Source of the DNA: a virus
Virus record (IMG/VR): IMGVR_UViG_3300002052_000634
Coordinates: 36,618-100,617 of that record
DNA length: 64,000 nucleotides
Strand: one strand, 5' to 3'
Under the pieces are notes generated by a model. It was not told the DNA's origin. It saw only the letters and a program-made list of their open reading frames with translations, and did not search any database. Made by a program: the position numbers and the translations under genes. Shown here piece after piece: positions 29,267 through 40,295 of this stretch. Each line of letters opens with the position of its first letter. The first letter of the stretch is position 1.

Positions 29267-30355
29267 ATGCTATTTTTAATTCTAACAATAATATTTATAG
29301 TTATATCTCTTTACCTGACAGGTAAAGCATTATTAGCATTTATATTCAGACCTATCGAAAATACGCCTATAAACGCCTCGTCTGACGAACCTCAGAAAAT
29401 GATTATTAAAGAGGCACAGATTAACGTGGATAACATTATAGAATATGAGGGAGAAGGAATTAAGAGCTTTGAATTTAGACCTCAGACTTGGGAGCAGTTT
29501 ATTGGTCAGGAAGATGCCAAAGAAAGAGCAAAAACTATATTAAGAAAAGCCAGAAAAAAGATGAAATGTCACTTTCTCGTAGATGGTATAAAAGGACATG
29601 GGAAAACTACCTTCATAGAACTCGTAGCAAAGAGTTTAAATGCCCATATCATTGAAAGGATAGGTAAGCAAATAGACGAGGAAAATATAGTAGATATAAT
29701 TAATGAAATAAATCAAAGTGCAGAAGAATATGTAATGCTTTTCGTAGATGAAATTGATACTATGGATTGGAAAGTGGTTAAAATTCTTAATCCTATTATA
29801 GAGTCTTTTAAGATTAATAATAAAAAAATAAAACCTTTTATATTCACAGGGGCGACCATCAGTAAACATATTCTTATCAAAAATAATCCAGATACCCTTG
29901 ATAGAATTCCTACCCACATAAAATTCACTCGATACAATGAAAAAGAAATTGCAAAAATTTTAACACAATATAAACAGCAGATGTATTCTGGCGAGCTTGT
30001 AACAAAAAAGGTAGTGGAAATAATATCAAAAAATTGTAAATTCAATCCGAGAACTTCTATTGCTCTCCTTGAGGAATATATTGTGGAGAAGAATATGGAC
30101 AAAGTTTTAAAAAATTGTAGAATAATATATGAAGGATTAACAAAAACAGATATTAAAATATTGAAAATTTTGGAAAAAGCTACACGTCCAATGGGAGCAA
30201 ATGCTGTTGCTTTAAGGGCAGGTTTATCTCAGTCAGAATATATTAGAGAATTTGAACCTTATCTTTACGAATTTGGCTATATTAATCGAACCCCAAGTAG
30301 AGTATTAAGTGATAAAGGTAAACAAATATTGGAGGAAATAAATGAAGTTAAGTAA
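29267..30355 (+). CDS. ruvB: RuvB-like AAA+ ATPase with N-terminal TM helix
   Basis: RPQTWEQFIGQ, GHGKTT, LFVDEI, GAT, PR, and EPYL...G.I.RTP head domain. Confidence 0.85.
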   Translation: MLFLILTIIFIVISLYLTGKALLAFIFRPIENTPINASSDEPQKMIIKEAQINVDNIIEYEGEGIKSFEFRPQTWEQFIGQEDAKERAKTILRKARKKMKCHFLVDGIKGHGKTTFIELVAKSLNAHIIERIGKQIDEENIVDIINEINQSAEEYVMLFVDEIDTMDWKVVKILNPIIESFKINNKKIKPFIFTGATISKHILIKNNPDTLDRIPTHIKFTRYNEKEIAKILTQYKQQMYSGELVTKKVVEIISKNCKFNPRTSIALLEEYIVEKNMDKVLKNCRIIYEGLTKTDIKILKILEKATRPMGANAVALRAGLSQSEYIREFEPYLYEFGYINRTPSRVLSDKGKQILEEINEVK

Positions 30356-30693
30356 ATGTTTACAAGAAAAAAGTATAACATATTTAGAACATTATATTAC
30401 AAAGAAAAGAAAAAGACCTTTGCCATATTGGAAAGAAAAAAAGATAAAGACTTTAATTAAAAGAAAACAAAAAGGATTAAATAAACTTACTACTCAAATC
30501 TTAAATTCTCCTTTATATAAATTGGCAGAAGCAGAAATAATAAGGGAAGGAAAAGTTCATAAATTTACTGTAGACGGACAATTAAAATATGAAATCCCAC
30601 CTGCTCAAACTTTATTAATGATGTTAAAAATAGTAGATGTAACAAATAAACAAGGACAAAAAAATAAATTAGACGAATATTGTAGGAATTATT

Positions 30694-31485
30694 ATGCTAA
30701 CTAAATTTAAAAATTGGTTGACAGTAAATGGCAAATCCGAAGCTACTATTATAGCTTATCTTCAAAGAATAAAAGAATTTTTAAAAGAAAATTCTATTGA
30801 CGATATAACAGAAGAAATTATAATTAATTATTTGTTAAAATTAAAAGAAACTAATTCTAATTCAACTGTAAACGGTTATAGATGTGCTATTAAATCCTTT
30901 TTGGAATTTCTAAAAAAAGATATAACATTACCTAAACAATTAAAAATAGAAGAAAAATTACCAGAATTTATTACCAGAGATATATTTGAAAAAGAAGTAA
31001 TAAAAGTAGCAGAATGTATATGTCCTAATCCTATGCGAACTAAAGCAGTATTATATTTTCTATTTTTTACAGGAATTAGAGAAAATGAATTGTTATCTCT
31101 TAAAAGAAAAGATATAGATTTAGAAAATAGAACTGCCAAAATTTATAATAAAAAAGGAAAAAAAGAAAAGATAATTATCTTTACTGAAAAAGTAAGAGAT
31201 ATATTAAAATACTATTTCTCCGTAGAGATAGAACAAAATAACGCTTTTAATATTACTGATAAACAAATAGAATATATATTTAATTTATTGAAACCTAAAT
31301 TTAAAAATATAAATTTACACCCTCATATGTTTAGACATTCTTTTGCTACTTATCTAAGAAATAGAGGATTTTCTATTGAAGATATTAAAGAACTGTTAGG
31401 ACATAAAAGTATTCAATCAACTATGAGATATGCTCATGCAGATATTAAAGATATTAAAGAAAAATATGATAAAAAAATAAAGTAG
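30694..31485 (+). CDS. Tyrosine recombinase (XerC/D-like)
   Basis: TGIRENE, KGKKE, HMFRHSFAT and LLGH.SI.STMRY motifs. Confidence 0.92.
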   Translation: MLTKFKNWLTVNGKSEATIIAYLQRIKEFLKENSIDDITEEIIINYLLKLKETNSNSTVNGYRCAIKSFLEFLKKDITLPKQLKIEEKLPEFITRDIFEKEVIKVAECICPNPMRTKAVLYFLFFTGIRENELLSLKRKDIDLENRTAKIYNKKGKKEKIIIFTEKVRDILKYYFSVEIEQNNAFNITDKQIEYIFNLLKPKFKNINLHPHMFRHSFATYLRNRGFSIEDIKELLGHKSIQSTMRYAHADIKDIKEKYDKKIK

Positions 31486-32177
31486 GAGTAAACATGTATT
31501 ATCAAATTAATTGTCCTGAATGTGGAAGTTTTAATGTAAAAATTTATGAGAAAGACCTTAATCCTTTTTTACAAGAACATTATTATATTTGTAATGCTTG
31601 TGGCAATATATGGAAAGAAACAATAAAAACTATGCCAGATTTAAATACCTATAAAAGAGAACAATTAAATAAAAAAATAGAAATGCTTAAACAAGAACGA
31701 CTACAATATATTAAATGGGGTAAAATTAAAATTGACGATATAATAAATTGTTTAATAGATTTATTTGAAATGGGAAGCAATAAATTTTCTAAACATAAAA
31801 AAAGGAATATAAAAAATGGCGAAAATAAAAGGAATAATATTAGCAGGTAATTATGAACAATATAAAGAATGGTGTGCAAAATATTATCTAAATTTAGACG
31901 AGTATATTTATGTCTCAGAACCTAAAGATATTAAAGGAATACATAACGTATCTGTTTATTATGTAGGGCAATATTGGGATAATTTAATGTGGGGAAATCC
32001 TGATATTGCTAAGATTAACTGTAGAAATAATAGGAGAAAAAATATGAAAAATTATACTTTTTTACAAACTACTTTTATTATTCTAATTATAGTTTTAATG
32101 TTATTTGTAGCTATATTTGGAATATGGAAAGTAATTGATTTATTAGAAAAATTAAATATTACTTATTTTATTAGATA

Positions 32178-32296
32178 GTATTATATTATATAATGTATTA
32201 CGTATACGTATTATAATATATTATAAAAACGTAACGTAACGTTATATATAATATATACGTTACTTATACTCGTAATTACTAACGTAATTACTCGTA
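32178..32296. repeat. Intergenic island of CGTA/TACG micro-palindromes
   Basis: TACGTATACGTA, AACGTAACGTAACGTT and two copies of CGTAATTACT. Confidence 0.65.
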
Positions 32297-32307
32297 GGAG
32301 ATAAACA

Positions 32308-32646
32308 ATGCTAGAGAAAAAATTAAAGTTAAATATTTATTCTTATCTTTACAAACATGAGAAAAAAAGGAAATTAACTTTTCTAAGAAATTTTGTTGGA
32401 TATTTCAGAGATGTAGAAGGTAAAAAAGTAAAAATAGGTAGAAAAGGATTTTCCGATTTCACAGTATTTTTAAAGACAGGTAAAGTCCTATTTATAGAAT
32501 TGAAAACGGAGACAGGAACTATATCGGAAGAACAAAATAAATTTAAAAGTTTAATTGAAAATTTGGATTATGAATATCACATAGTAAGGTCTACTTCTGA
32601 GTTATATTATATATTTAATAATAATAGAGTTTATGTAGGGGAATAG
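32308..32646 (+). CDS. VRR-NUC domain nuclease
   Basis: GFSDF, FIELKT..G.IS.EQ and IVRS motifs. Confidence 0.85.
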   Translation: MLEKKLKLNIYSYLYKHEKKRKLTFLRNFVGYFRDVEGKKVKIGRKGFSDFTVFLKTGKVLFIELKTETGTISEEQNKFKSLIENLDYEYHIVRSTSELYYIFNNNRVYVGE

Positions 32647-32658
32647 AAAAGAAACAAA

Positions 32659-32985
32659 ATGGATTTTAACGAATATCAAGAAAAAGCATTAACAACTTTA
32701 ATAGAAACGAAAGACAAAGATAAAATTATTGCTAGACTTACTTTAGGAATAGCAGGAGAAAGTGGTGAAATTGTTGAGAAGGTAAAGAAATATATGAGAG
32801 GCGATTATCCAATAGATTTTTTATCAGAATATTTATTTGGAGAGTTATCGGATTGTTTATGGTATATTGCAATTTTAGCTCATATTTTAGGTTTTAATTT
32901 GGATACTATAGCAAAATATAATATACGTAAGTTACAATCTCGTAAGGAAAGAGGTAAAATTAAAGGGTCTGGAGACATTAGATAA
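32659..32985 (+). CDS. MazG-like NTP pyrophosphohydrolase
   Basis: FNEYQ, GIAGESGE..EKVKK, ELSD.LWY and N..KL.SR..RG...GSGD motifs. Confidence 0.9.
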   Translation: MDFNEYQEKALTTLIETKDKDKIIARLTLGIAGESGEIVEKVKKYMRGDYPIDFLSEYLFGELSDCLWYIAILAHILGFNLDTIAKYNIRKLQSRKERGKIKGSGDIR

Positions 32986-33001
32986 ATCTGTTTCGCTACC
33001 C

Positions 33002-33030
33002 TTGACACCAACGATATTATATGATATAAT
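33002..33030 (+). promoter_or_regulatory. Consensus promoter sharing a 23-mer with the promoter at 2.2 kb
   Basis: TTGACA-17-TATAAT. 32989-33011 is the reverse complement of 2224-2246. Confidence 0.85.
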
Positions 33031-34252
33031 AGAAATGAATGTAAGGGGTGTATAGTGGCACGTCATTTAAAAAGTAAGGGAAGGTCTTACAGGACTAACC
33101 AGAATAAGCTTCGAGCATTAAAGAAGTTTTATCGGTTGACCTATAGACATTCTAAAGAAAATCACAAACGTAATGAGGAGAAAGGTTATAAGAAGCCTGA
33201 CTCCTCTTATTTTTTTATGAAGTATCCAGATGAGAAATCTTTTTTAAAAACTGTAGAACTAAAAAAGGTATCGGAGAAAAGACAGTGAAAAAGAAGAAAA
33301 ACTTAATTTGGATAACCGATATAGACACTATATTAGAAGTATATGATTTAGCAAAAAAGAGAGGTAAAAATGCAGGAGATAGTGTCGAAAAAGAATTTAT
33401 GGAAATAGTAAAGAAGAAAAAAAATAAAGCCAAAATAATAGGAACGACTAATAAAAATATTGACCTTATAGCAGGTGAATGTCGAGAAAATGGTCTTAAA
33501 GTTTTTAATATGAAAGAATATGAAAGGAAACATGGTAAAAGAAAAAGATAAAAGATTAAGTGAAACTGACAAAAAGTTAGGTGTGAAAATTTTAAACTGT
33601 CAGAATTGCAATAGAGAGTTTTATACTCTTCATAGAGAAGATAAATATTGTCCTTATTGTGTATTGTACAAAGAATTTAAAAATCCTAAATAAAAAAAAA
33701 AATGAAAAGAAATAAATTATTTAATAATTTGGCTTTATTTTTATCAGAAAATTTATTTCCCATTTTAAGTATTATTTTAATTTTTGTGTTCTTTTGGAAT
33801 GGCATAAAATTATTGATTTTTTTTACTGGTATATCAATTTTAAAAACTTTAATTTTATTAATTGGAATATTTACAATAATATCTATTTATAAGTGGGCAA
33901 ATATAAGGACAAAAAATTATTATAAAAATATACTCAAAGGAGGAAAATAAAATTAGTTGGAATAAAAATACTATTAATATGAGTGCTATAGACGGAACAA
34001 TATCTATTCTTGAGAAATTAGGGATTTCCTATAAAGTGACAGAATTAGGTCGTATATTGGGACTAGGACTTAATGATGATTATCGAGAAGAAAAGGATTA
34101 TCCTATCAGAAAGTTAGAATATAGAGATACTATTTTATTAGAAAAAATGATGAGAAATTCTGATTGTGATATGGATGATTATATAATATCTTATGAATTT
34201 GTGAAAGGACATGAACCTAAAAATTGGAAAATAGAAGAAAGAGAAGAAGAAA

Positions 34253-35029
34253 ATGATTAATTTTTTATTTGGAATATTATCCTTTGTAATTATAATAGTT
34301 ATATTTTTTGCTGTTAGAACTTTTATAATAAAAAAATCTCTTAAAACTTTTGACAAAACTTTAACAAATTGTTCCATAGGAAAAGTTTATGGCAAAGATG
34401 GTAGAGAAATATTTTCATGGGCGAAATTTAGAAACGGAATATTTAATTTATTAAATTCAGTTGAATGGGCAAAATCTTTAAAAGAGATATTAGATTTACG
34501 CAAATTAATAATATATCTTTTAATAGCAAGTTCTATATTTGCATTTGCGTGGTATCGGGGAAGATTAGGTGCTCCCGTTCAAGTAGATTTAGGGCATGGC
34601 AAAGAAGCCTACATACGCTTAAATAACCATTTTTTACATATAGATAAAGATGGTTATCTTTTTATTGAGGATAAATTAGGAAATAAATTAAAACAAATTG
34701 CTGTTAAAGATATACCTGCTCTTAAAAAGAAGCTATCTCCAATAGGGCTAGAACTGAAGCCCGTTGGTGTTATCGGAGGAGGAACAGATATTATAGGACA
34801 TGGAGCTTTAGAAGCAGGCATTGGAGTAAGTTTTTTCCGTTTCTATAAGGCAAGGTTAGAAGCGTTTGTAACTAGTTATCCTGCTATTTATATAGGAACG
34901 AGTTATAAATTAGATGGTATAGGACTTGAAAATTCTAGGATAGGAATTGGTATAGGTAAAGGAATGAGAGATTGGAAATTAGACCAAACGGAAACAAGAG
35001 CTATAATATATTTTGCTGTGGAGTTTTAA
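34253..35029 (+). CDS. Membrane protein with Gly-rich beta-strand C-terminus
   Basis: Two TM helices, then amphipathic strands ending IIYFAVEF. Confidence 0.55.
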   Translation: MINFLFGILSFVIIIVIFFAVRTFIIKKSLKTFDKTLTNCSIGKVYGKDGREIFSWAKFRNGIFNLLNSVEWAKSLKEILDLRKLIIYLLIASSIFAFAWYRGRLGAPVQVDLGHGKEAYIRLNNHFLHIDKDGYLFIEDKLGNKLKQIAVKDIPALKKKLSPIGLELKPVGVIGGGTDIIGHGALEAGIGVSFFRFYKARLEAFVTSYPAIYIGTSYKLDGIGLENSRIGIGIGKGMRDWKLDQTETRAIIYFAVEF

Positions 35030-35604
35030 AATGAAAGAAATATTGATTCCTTTTTATATTATAATATATATTCTTAATATTTTCTTAGCTTTATGTCTAG
35101 CAATTTGTATAATTAATTTATTATGTTGCACAACTGCTCATTTTTTGTATTGGCTTATCACTTTATAAGGAAATTATATGAAAAAGAAATTAATTAAAAA
35201 AGTAAGGAAAGAAATTCGTAAAAAAATGAAAAAATATAGAGGAAATTGGATAGCTATTCATAGAAACACTGCCAATCACATTCTAGAAGTTACAGATAAA
35301 AGGAAAAATAAATATGCGAGATAGTCTCCTTCTTATGGACATATATAAACGTTATCTTAATGTTACTCATGATTTAATAAGTATATTAGAACGTAATTAT
35401 GAAAAAGAAATTAATAATGGGGATTCTGAAGAATTAAAAGTAAAATATAAAGAATTTAGACAACACGCACATAGACTTATAGAAAGTTTGAATGAAGATT
35501 TGCATAAATTATTGAGGCTAGATTGGGAATTAAAAGAATTGGAAGATAAGGCAGAGCATTAATGAAGATTGGGGAATAGGGAGTAGGTGAAAGTATAATA
35601 CTAG

Positions 35605-35796
35605 TTTTACCTAGAGTATTTGTGTGGGGATACTGCATGTATAGGTTGTTATAAAACTGGGGGATATGGAAGTACGCTGACATGGAGAATATGGGATGGG
35701 AACTATTACCGTATGCACACTTTTTATATTGGAGAGAACGGGATAAAAGCGAATACAGCATATAAGTTTATTGATGGGAAAATTAAGAAAGTTTAG
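35605..35796 (+). pseudogene. Possible remnant of a phage repeat-protein C-terminal domain
   Basis: Frame reads ...TGGYGSTLTWRIWDGNYYRMHTFYIGENGIKANTAYKFIDGKIKKV*, with stops just upstream and no good start. Confidence 0.4.
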
Positions 35797-35835
35797 CCAG
35801 TCATAATGGATAAAAGGGGAAGGAGATGAAGAAAA

Positions 35836-36285
35836 ATGCCTTACATAAAACGAAATAGACGTGAACAATTAGAACCTATTATACAATTGATAGGTACTTT
35901 AGATATTCTTGGAGATACTTGTCCAAAAGAAAACAACTGGAAAAGAAAAGCAATAGTACAACTGATGATAGATTTAGAAGTGAAAGTAGATGGAGATTTG
36001 AATTATATTATATATTCAGTTTGTAAACGATATGTTAAACCGAGTTATAATAATTATAAAAAATTCTTAACCAGGTTAAGTTTTTATAATCATAATATTG
36101 AACCTCAAGGAGAATTGGACGATATTTTGTATAAATTTTTTAATGATTATAGTCTAACCTGTAAAGATTATATAAAATATAATAATTTTATTGGAGAAAT
36201 AGATTGTTGTGTTCTAGAAATATATCGTAGATTAATAGCAAAATACGAGGATGAAAAAATAGTCGAAAATGGAGATATAGAATGA
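35836..36285 (+). CDS. DUF6899-like helical protein
   Basis: MPYIK, GDLNY.I and LEIYRR....YEDEK...NGD motifs. Confidence 0.65.
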   Translation: MPYIKRNRREQLEPIIQLIGTLDILGDTCPKENNWKRKAIVQLMIDLEVKVDGDLNYIIYSVCKRYVKPSYNNYKKFLTRLSFYNHNIEPQGELDDILYKFFNDYSLTCKDYIKYNNFIGEIDCCVLEIYRRLIAKYEDEKIVENGDIE

Positions 36286-36503
36286 AATTAGGACAAGATT
36301 TATCAATTATGTTATTAGGAATAGGTTTTGTTCTTGTTATTATTCATGGAATTATTTGGTTAATAGTTAAGGGGATAATATGGATGACCTACGAGCTATT
36401 TAATGTTAATTGGTATTCGAAATTTTGGATAGTTTATATGGGTCTTATATTAGCTAAGTGTATAATTGGAACTACAATAAAAATTAATTATAAGAGGTAA
36501 AAT

Positions 36504-37103
36504 ATGTCAGAAAAAATAAAATATACTACTTATACCGCAGGATATATAGAAGCAGACCCTCAAGGAGCGGGGGATTGGAGAGATGAAATATATAATTCTC
36601 TTAATCATCCAGATTTAGAAATTTATGACCCTGTTAGACGTGAAGCTCAAAAGACAAGTAAAAAATCTGGCGAGTATGTAGATTATGTTATTGGATTGAA
36701 AAAAGCAGGACGTTGGGAACAGTTTATGAAAGAAATGAATAAAATTTGGCTTGGTAACATTCACCCAACACACGACCTTCTGGAAATTTTTAAGTTATTG
36801 AGATACAGAAAAATTATTGACGGAAATACCAAACCTGAGATGGACGTATGGGCTGATTATGAAGCGGTTATTCGCTCCGATTTTGTAATTGCTTATATGA
36901 AAAAAGGAGTGCAAACTGTAGGAACTGTTATTGAAATTTTCTTAGCTATGTTATTTAGAATCCCTGTTTATCTAATTTTAGATGCTCCGAAAACGGAAAC
37001 AAATTCTACTCTTGTAATGATGGTTATGTATTCTGGAGGAGAATTTTTTTATTCAACGAAGGACTTAATTAAGTATATAAAAGAGAAATATAATTTAGAA
37101 TAA
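36504..37103 (+). CDS. Nucleoside 2-deoxyribosyltransferase-like protein
   Basis: YTAG.IE..WR, YDP and SDFVIAY...GT..E motifs. Confidence 0.7.
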   Translation: MSEKIKYTTYTAGYIEADPQGAGDWRDEIYNSLNHPDLEIYDPVRREAQKTSKKSGEYVDYVIGLKKAGRWEQFMKEMNKIWLGNIHPTHDLLEIFKLLRYRKIIDGNTKPEMDVWADYEAVIRSDFVIAYMKKGVQTVGTVIEIFLAMLFRIPVYLILDAPKTETNSTLVMMVMYSGGEFFYSTKDLIKYIKEKYNLE

Positions 37104-37113
37104 TGGAGGAATA

Positions 37114-37476
37114 ATGACAGGGAAAATAAGAAAGTTCGCAGGTGGAGCTACTAGAGATACTGACGAAAATAAATATGATTATGAAGGATTTTTAAGTCCT
37201 TTAGTATTAAAACGTTATGGTGAATATATGAATAAACATAGAAAGCAATCGGACGGTAGTCTAAGAGATTCGGATAATTGGCAGAAAGGGATACCTCTTG
37301 ATGCTTATATAAAATCAGGATGGAGACATTTTCATGACTGGTGGATGGAACATAGAGGATTTGGAAGTAGAGAAGGACTAGAAGACGCTTTAATGGCAAT
37401 ATTATTTAATGTAATGGGTTATGCTCATGAGATTTTAAAAAGAAAGGAGAGTAATAAAGAAAATGTGTCAGGATAA
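37114..37476 (+). CDS. dATP/dGTP diphosphohydrolase-like (DUF5664)
   Basis: F..GATRD, DNWQKGIP, S..RH and A..FN motifs. Confidence 0.7.
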   Translation: MTGKIRKFAGGATRDTDENKYDYEGFLSPLVLKRYGEYMNKHRKQSDGSLRDSDNWQKGIPLDAYIKSGWRHFHDWWMEHRGFGSREGLEDALMAILFNVMGYAHEILKRKESNKENVSG

Positions 37477-37601
37477 TCGTGATGTCATTGGATTTTGCGT
37501 CTACTGTAAAGACGAAATCTATGACGGTGACGATTATGTTGTAGTTAAGGATAATAGTTATCATATATATTGTTATAATTTAATTAAAGAAGAATTAGAG
37601 G

Positions 37602-38420
37602 ATGAGGATGAATTTTAAGGAAAAAGTCATCGTAATAGATTGGTCTTTATTATTGCATATGAGCGTACATGCTTCTAGAACTGCTAATATGTATGCTCCA
37701 TATATGGCAACTACTATGTTACTAGGTAGTTTAAAAAGGATAGGATTAGAACCCTGCGATGAAGTAATTATAGCATGTGATGGTAAACATAATTGGAGAA
37801 AAGATTTAATTCCTCAAATTAAAGCAGATAGAGTTCCTTTAGATAAAGAAATATATCAAAAATTTAATGAGTTATTAGAACGATTAAAAGAAAGTACCTT
37901 TTTTCATGTTCTTTGGTTAGACCATATAGAAGCAGATGATATTGCTTCAGTTTGTTGTAGATATTATAAGGATAAAGAAGTGATATTAATTAGTTCAGAT
38001 GGAGATTGGGAATTACTATGGAAATATGATAACGTAAAAATTTATAGCCCTCATGCTAAAATGAAACGATATAAAGTTCGTCCTAATAATTTTAATGTAT
38101 ATAAAGTTATTGTAGATATGGTAATGACAAAAGGACATAATAATTTAAATATTCCCATAGAAAACGAAGATAATTATAAATTAAAAGAAAAATGTATAGA
38201 CCTTACTAACTTACCAGAATGGGTAGAAGAAACGGTTAAAAAAGAATTAGATAAACTTGAACCTAAAGAAGATAATATAGACTTATTTCCTTTTCATAAA
38301 TTAAAAGAGAGATATGGTAGTCTTTATAATTGTAAAAAAAATATAATTACGTATGAACAATGTGTAGCAAAAGAAGAACGTAAAAAGAGACGTAAGAAAA
38401 AACAGAAGGTAAAGAAATGA
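37602..38420 (+). CDS. 5'-3' exonuclease / flap endonuclease (T4 RNase H-like)
   Basis: VID, CDG..NWRK, EADD and SSDGDW motifs. Confidence 0.85.
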   Translation: MRMNFKEKVIVIDWSLLLHMSVHASRTANMYAPYMATTMLLGSLKRIGLEPCDEVIIACDGKHNWRKDLIPQIKADRVPLDKEIYQKFNELLERLKESTFFHVLWLDHIEADDIASVCCRYYKDKEVILISSDGDWELLWKYDNVKIYSPHAKMKRYKVRPNNFNVYKVIVDMVMTKGHNNLNIPIENEDNYKLKEKCIDLTNLPEWVEETVKKELDKLEPKEDNIDLFPFHKLKERYGSLYNCKKNIITYEQCVAKEERKKRRKKKQKVKK

Positions 38421-38777
38421 TAGAATGTGTCAGTTTAAATCTTGCAAAAAAACTTAAAAAAATAGGATATAAGCAACAAGGGTCTTGGTGGTGGGATTTA
38501 GTAAGAAAAAAAGAAGATTGTGATATTGGAGATACATCTAAAGATGAATGGCAATTGGCTTATGAAGAATGTTATCATGGAGACCGAGATGATTTAGTTG
38601 TCGCTCCAACGATAGCAGAATTATTATCTAGAATAACTAAAAAAACGCATATAAATATTAATATATCTCATGATTTACTTACAATTTATACTAAAACTAT
38701 CCGATTAACTGGAAAAAATCTTGTAAATAGTTTAGCAAAAATATATATTTATTTGGTAGAAGAGGGGATACTTTAAT

Positions 38778-39449
38778 ATGAAAATATTTTGGAACGACGT
38801 AGAAACTTCGGGATTAGACCCTAAAAGAAATGATATAATATCTCTCGCAGGAATTATAGAAGTAGACGGAAAGATTAAAGAAGAATTCAAATTTAATATA
38901 CAACCGTTTGATTGGGATAATATAGAATTATCTGCTCTTAAAGTCAATGGAATTACTGTAGAGCAATTAAAAACTTTTATGACTCCAAAAGAAGCACATA
39001 AAAAATTAACAAATATTCTTGGTAAATATGTAAATAAATATGATAGAAATGATAAATTCCAATTCGCAGGATATAATAACGATTTTGATATTAAATTTAT
39101 GTCTGAATTTTTTAAGAAGTGTGGAGATAAATATTTTGGTTCGTGGATAGATTATCATCGATTAGACCCACAAGTATTACTTCAATTTTTACATTTAAAA
39201 GGCGACATAGACTTACCGAATTATAAATTGGAAACAATTGCAAAATATTTTGACATAAAATTAAACGCCCATGACGCAATGAGCGATATAAAAGCGACAA
39301 GAGAAATAGTGTATAAACTTATACCTAGAATAAAATATTTACAAGATGAGAATTTTTATTGTCCTAATACTAATGGAGATAATATAATCTGCAATAAAAG
39401 ATATGCTTGTGACGCATGTTCTCATAATAAGGATAAAAAGGAGGAATAA
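38778..39449 (+). CDS. DEDDh 3'-5' exonuclease with C-terminal Cys module
   Basis: DVETSG, GYN..FD and HDAMSD motifs. Confidence 0.9.
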   Translation: MKIFWNDVETSGLDPKRNDIISLAGIIEVDGKIKEEFKFNIQPFDWDNIELSALKVNGITVEQLKTFMTPKEAHKKLTNILGKYVNKYDRNDKFQFAGYNNDFDIKFMSEFFKKCGDKYFGSWIDYHRLDPQVLLQFLHLKGDIDLPNYKLETIAKYFDIKLNAHDAMSDIKATREIVYKLIPRIKYLQDENFYCPNTNGDNIICNKRYACDACSHNKDKKEE

Positions 39450-39820
39450 AATGGACGTTAGAAAAGAAATGCCTAATGAAGTAAAAAATGAAATTGTTGA
39501 TGGTAAAAAAAAAGTAGTTACTGTTCTTTTACCCGAAAAACAAAAAACAGTCATTGAAGCAAAGCGAGAGGAGAGAAATAAATTAGCACAACGATTCTAT
39601 CAAATCAGTATTAACGTTACTAAAGGTCAGCGAATGTTAAATGAAATTTCTATACGAATGGAAGAAATTGATACTCTAATTGGAGATAGAATAAAAGAAG
39701 GTTTTAAAAAATTAAAATTAGATAAGCAAAAAGAAAGACAATGGAGATTTGATGGAAGAGATAGTTTTATAGGTATCTATAATCCACCACCAAAAAAGAA
39801 AGAAGAAGGAGGAAAGTAAC

Positions 39821-40273
39821 ATGATATTTAAAGTAGCATATTCTAAAGGAAATAGAAATTCAATTAAAGTTGTAGATAATGAAGGAAAAGAAGTTTGGAT
39901 GGGTTGTTCTAAAAATGTTTATAGTTGGTGTAAGAAAAATTATAACGAAGGTGATGAAGTTGATGTAGAATATACAGTTAAAGATGGACAATATACCGCC
40001 ACTAGAGTTACAAATAAAAGACAAAGTAATTACAATCCTCTTCCTAAAGATGAGACTAGACCTTCTAAGCCAACACCTTCTGCACCAACAAAAAAATATA
40101 CTGGCAATTATATGAACAGAAAACATCCAGAAGAATCTAAACAGATAAGAGCCTTGAGTATCTTATCTTCTATTTGTGAAGCTATTCAAGGTCTTGCAGG
40201 ACATATAGACCCAAACAATATAGGGGAAATTATTGAAACTTTATTTGACCGTTTTGATAAAAAACTTCCATAA
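39821..40273 (+). CDS. Possible ssDNA-binding (OB-fold) protein
   Basis: Beta-rich N-terminus (EGDEVDVEY), Pro-rich linker, replication-gene context. Confidence 0.4.
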   Translation: MIFKVAYSKGNRNSIKVVDNEGKEVWMGCSKNVYSWCKKNYNEGDEVDVEYTVKDGQYTATRVTNKRQSNYNPLPKDETRPSKPTPSAPTKKYTGNYMNRKHPEESKQIRALSILSSICEAIQGLAGHIDPNNIGEIIETLFDRFDKKLP

Positions 40274-40295
40274 ATAATAGTTAGGAGGTAACTGA

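Noticed and set aside
30694-31485. Proof of a temperate lifestyle
   Set aside because: No repressor, excisionase or att site was identified, and Xer-like enzymes can also resolve genome dimers.
32185-32215. dif site for the Xer-like recombinase (ATAATGTA...)
   Set aside because: There is no TTATGTTAAAT-like XerD arm at the correct 6-bp spacing.
35836-37476. 2-aminoadenine (Z) genome pathway
   Set aside because: No PurZ or HD-type dATPase is seen in the window; a DUF5664-like gene alone is insufficient.
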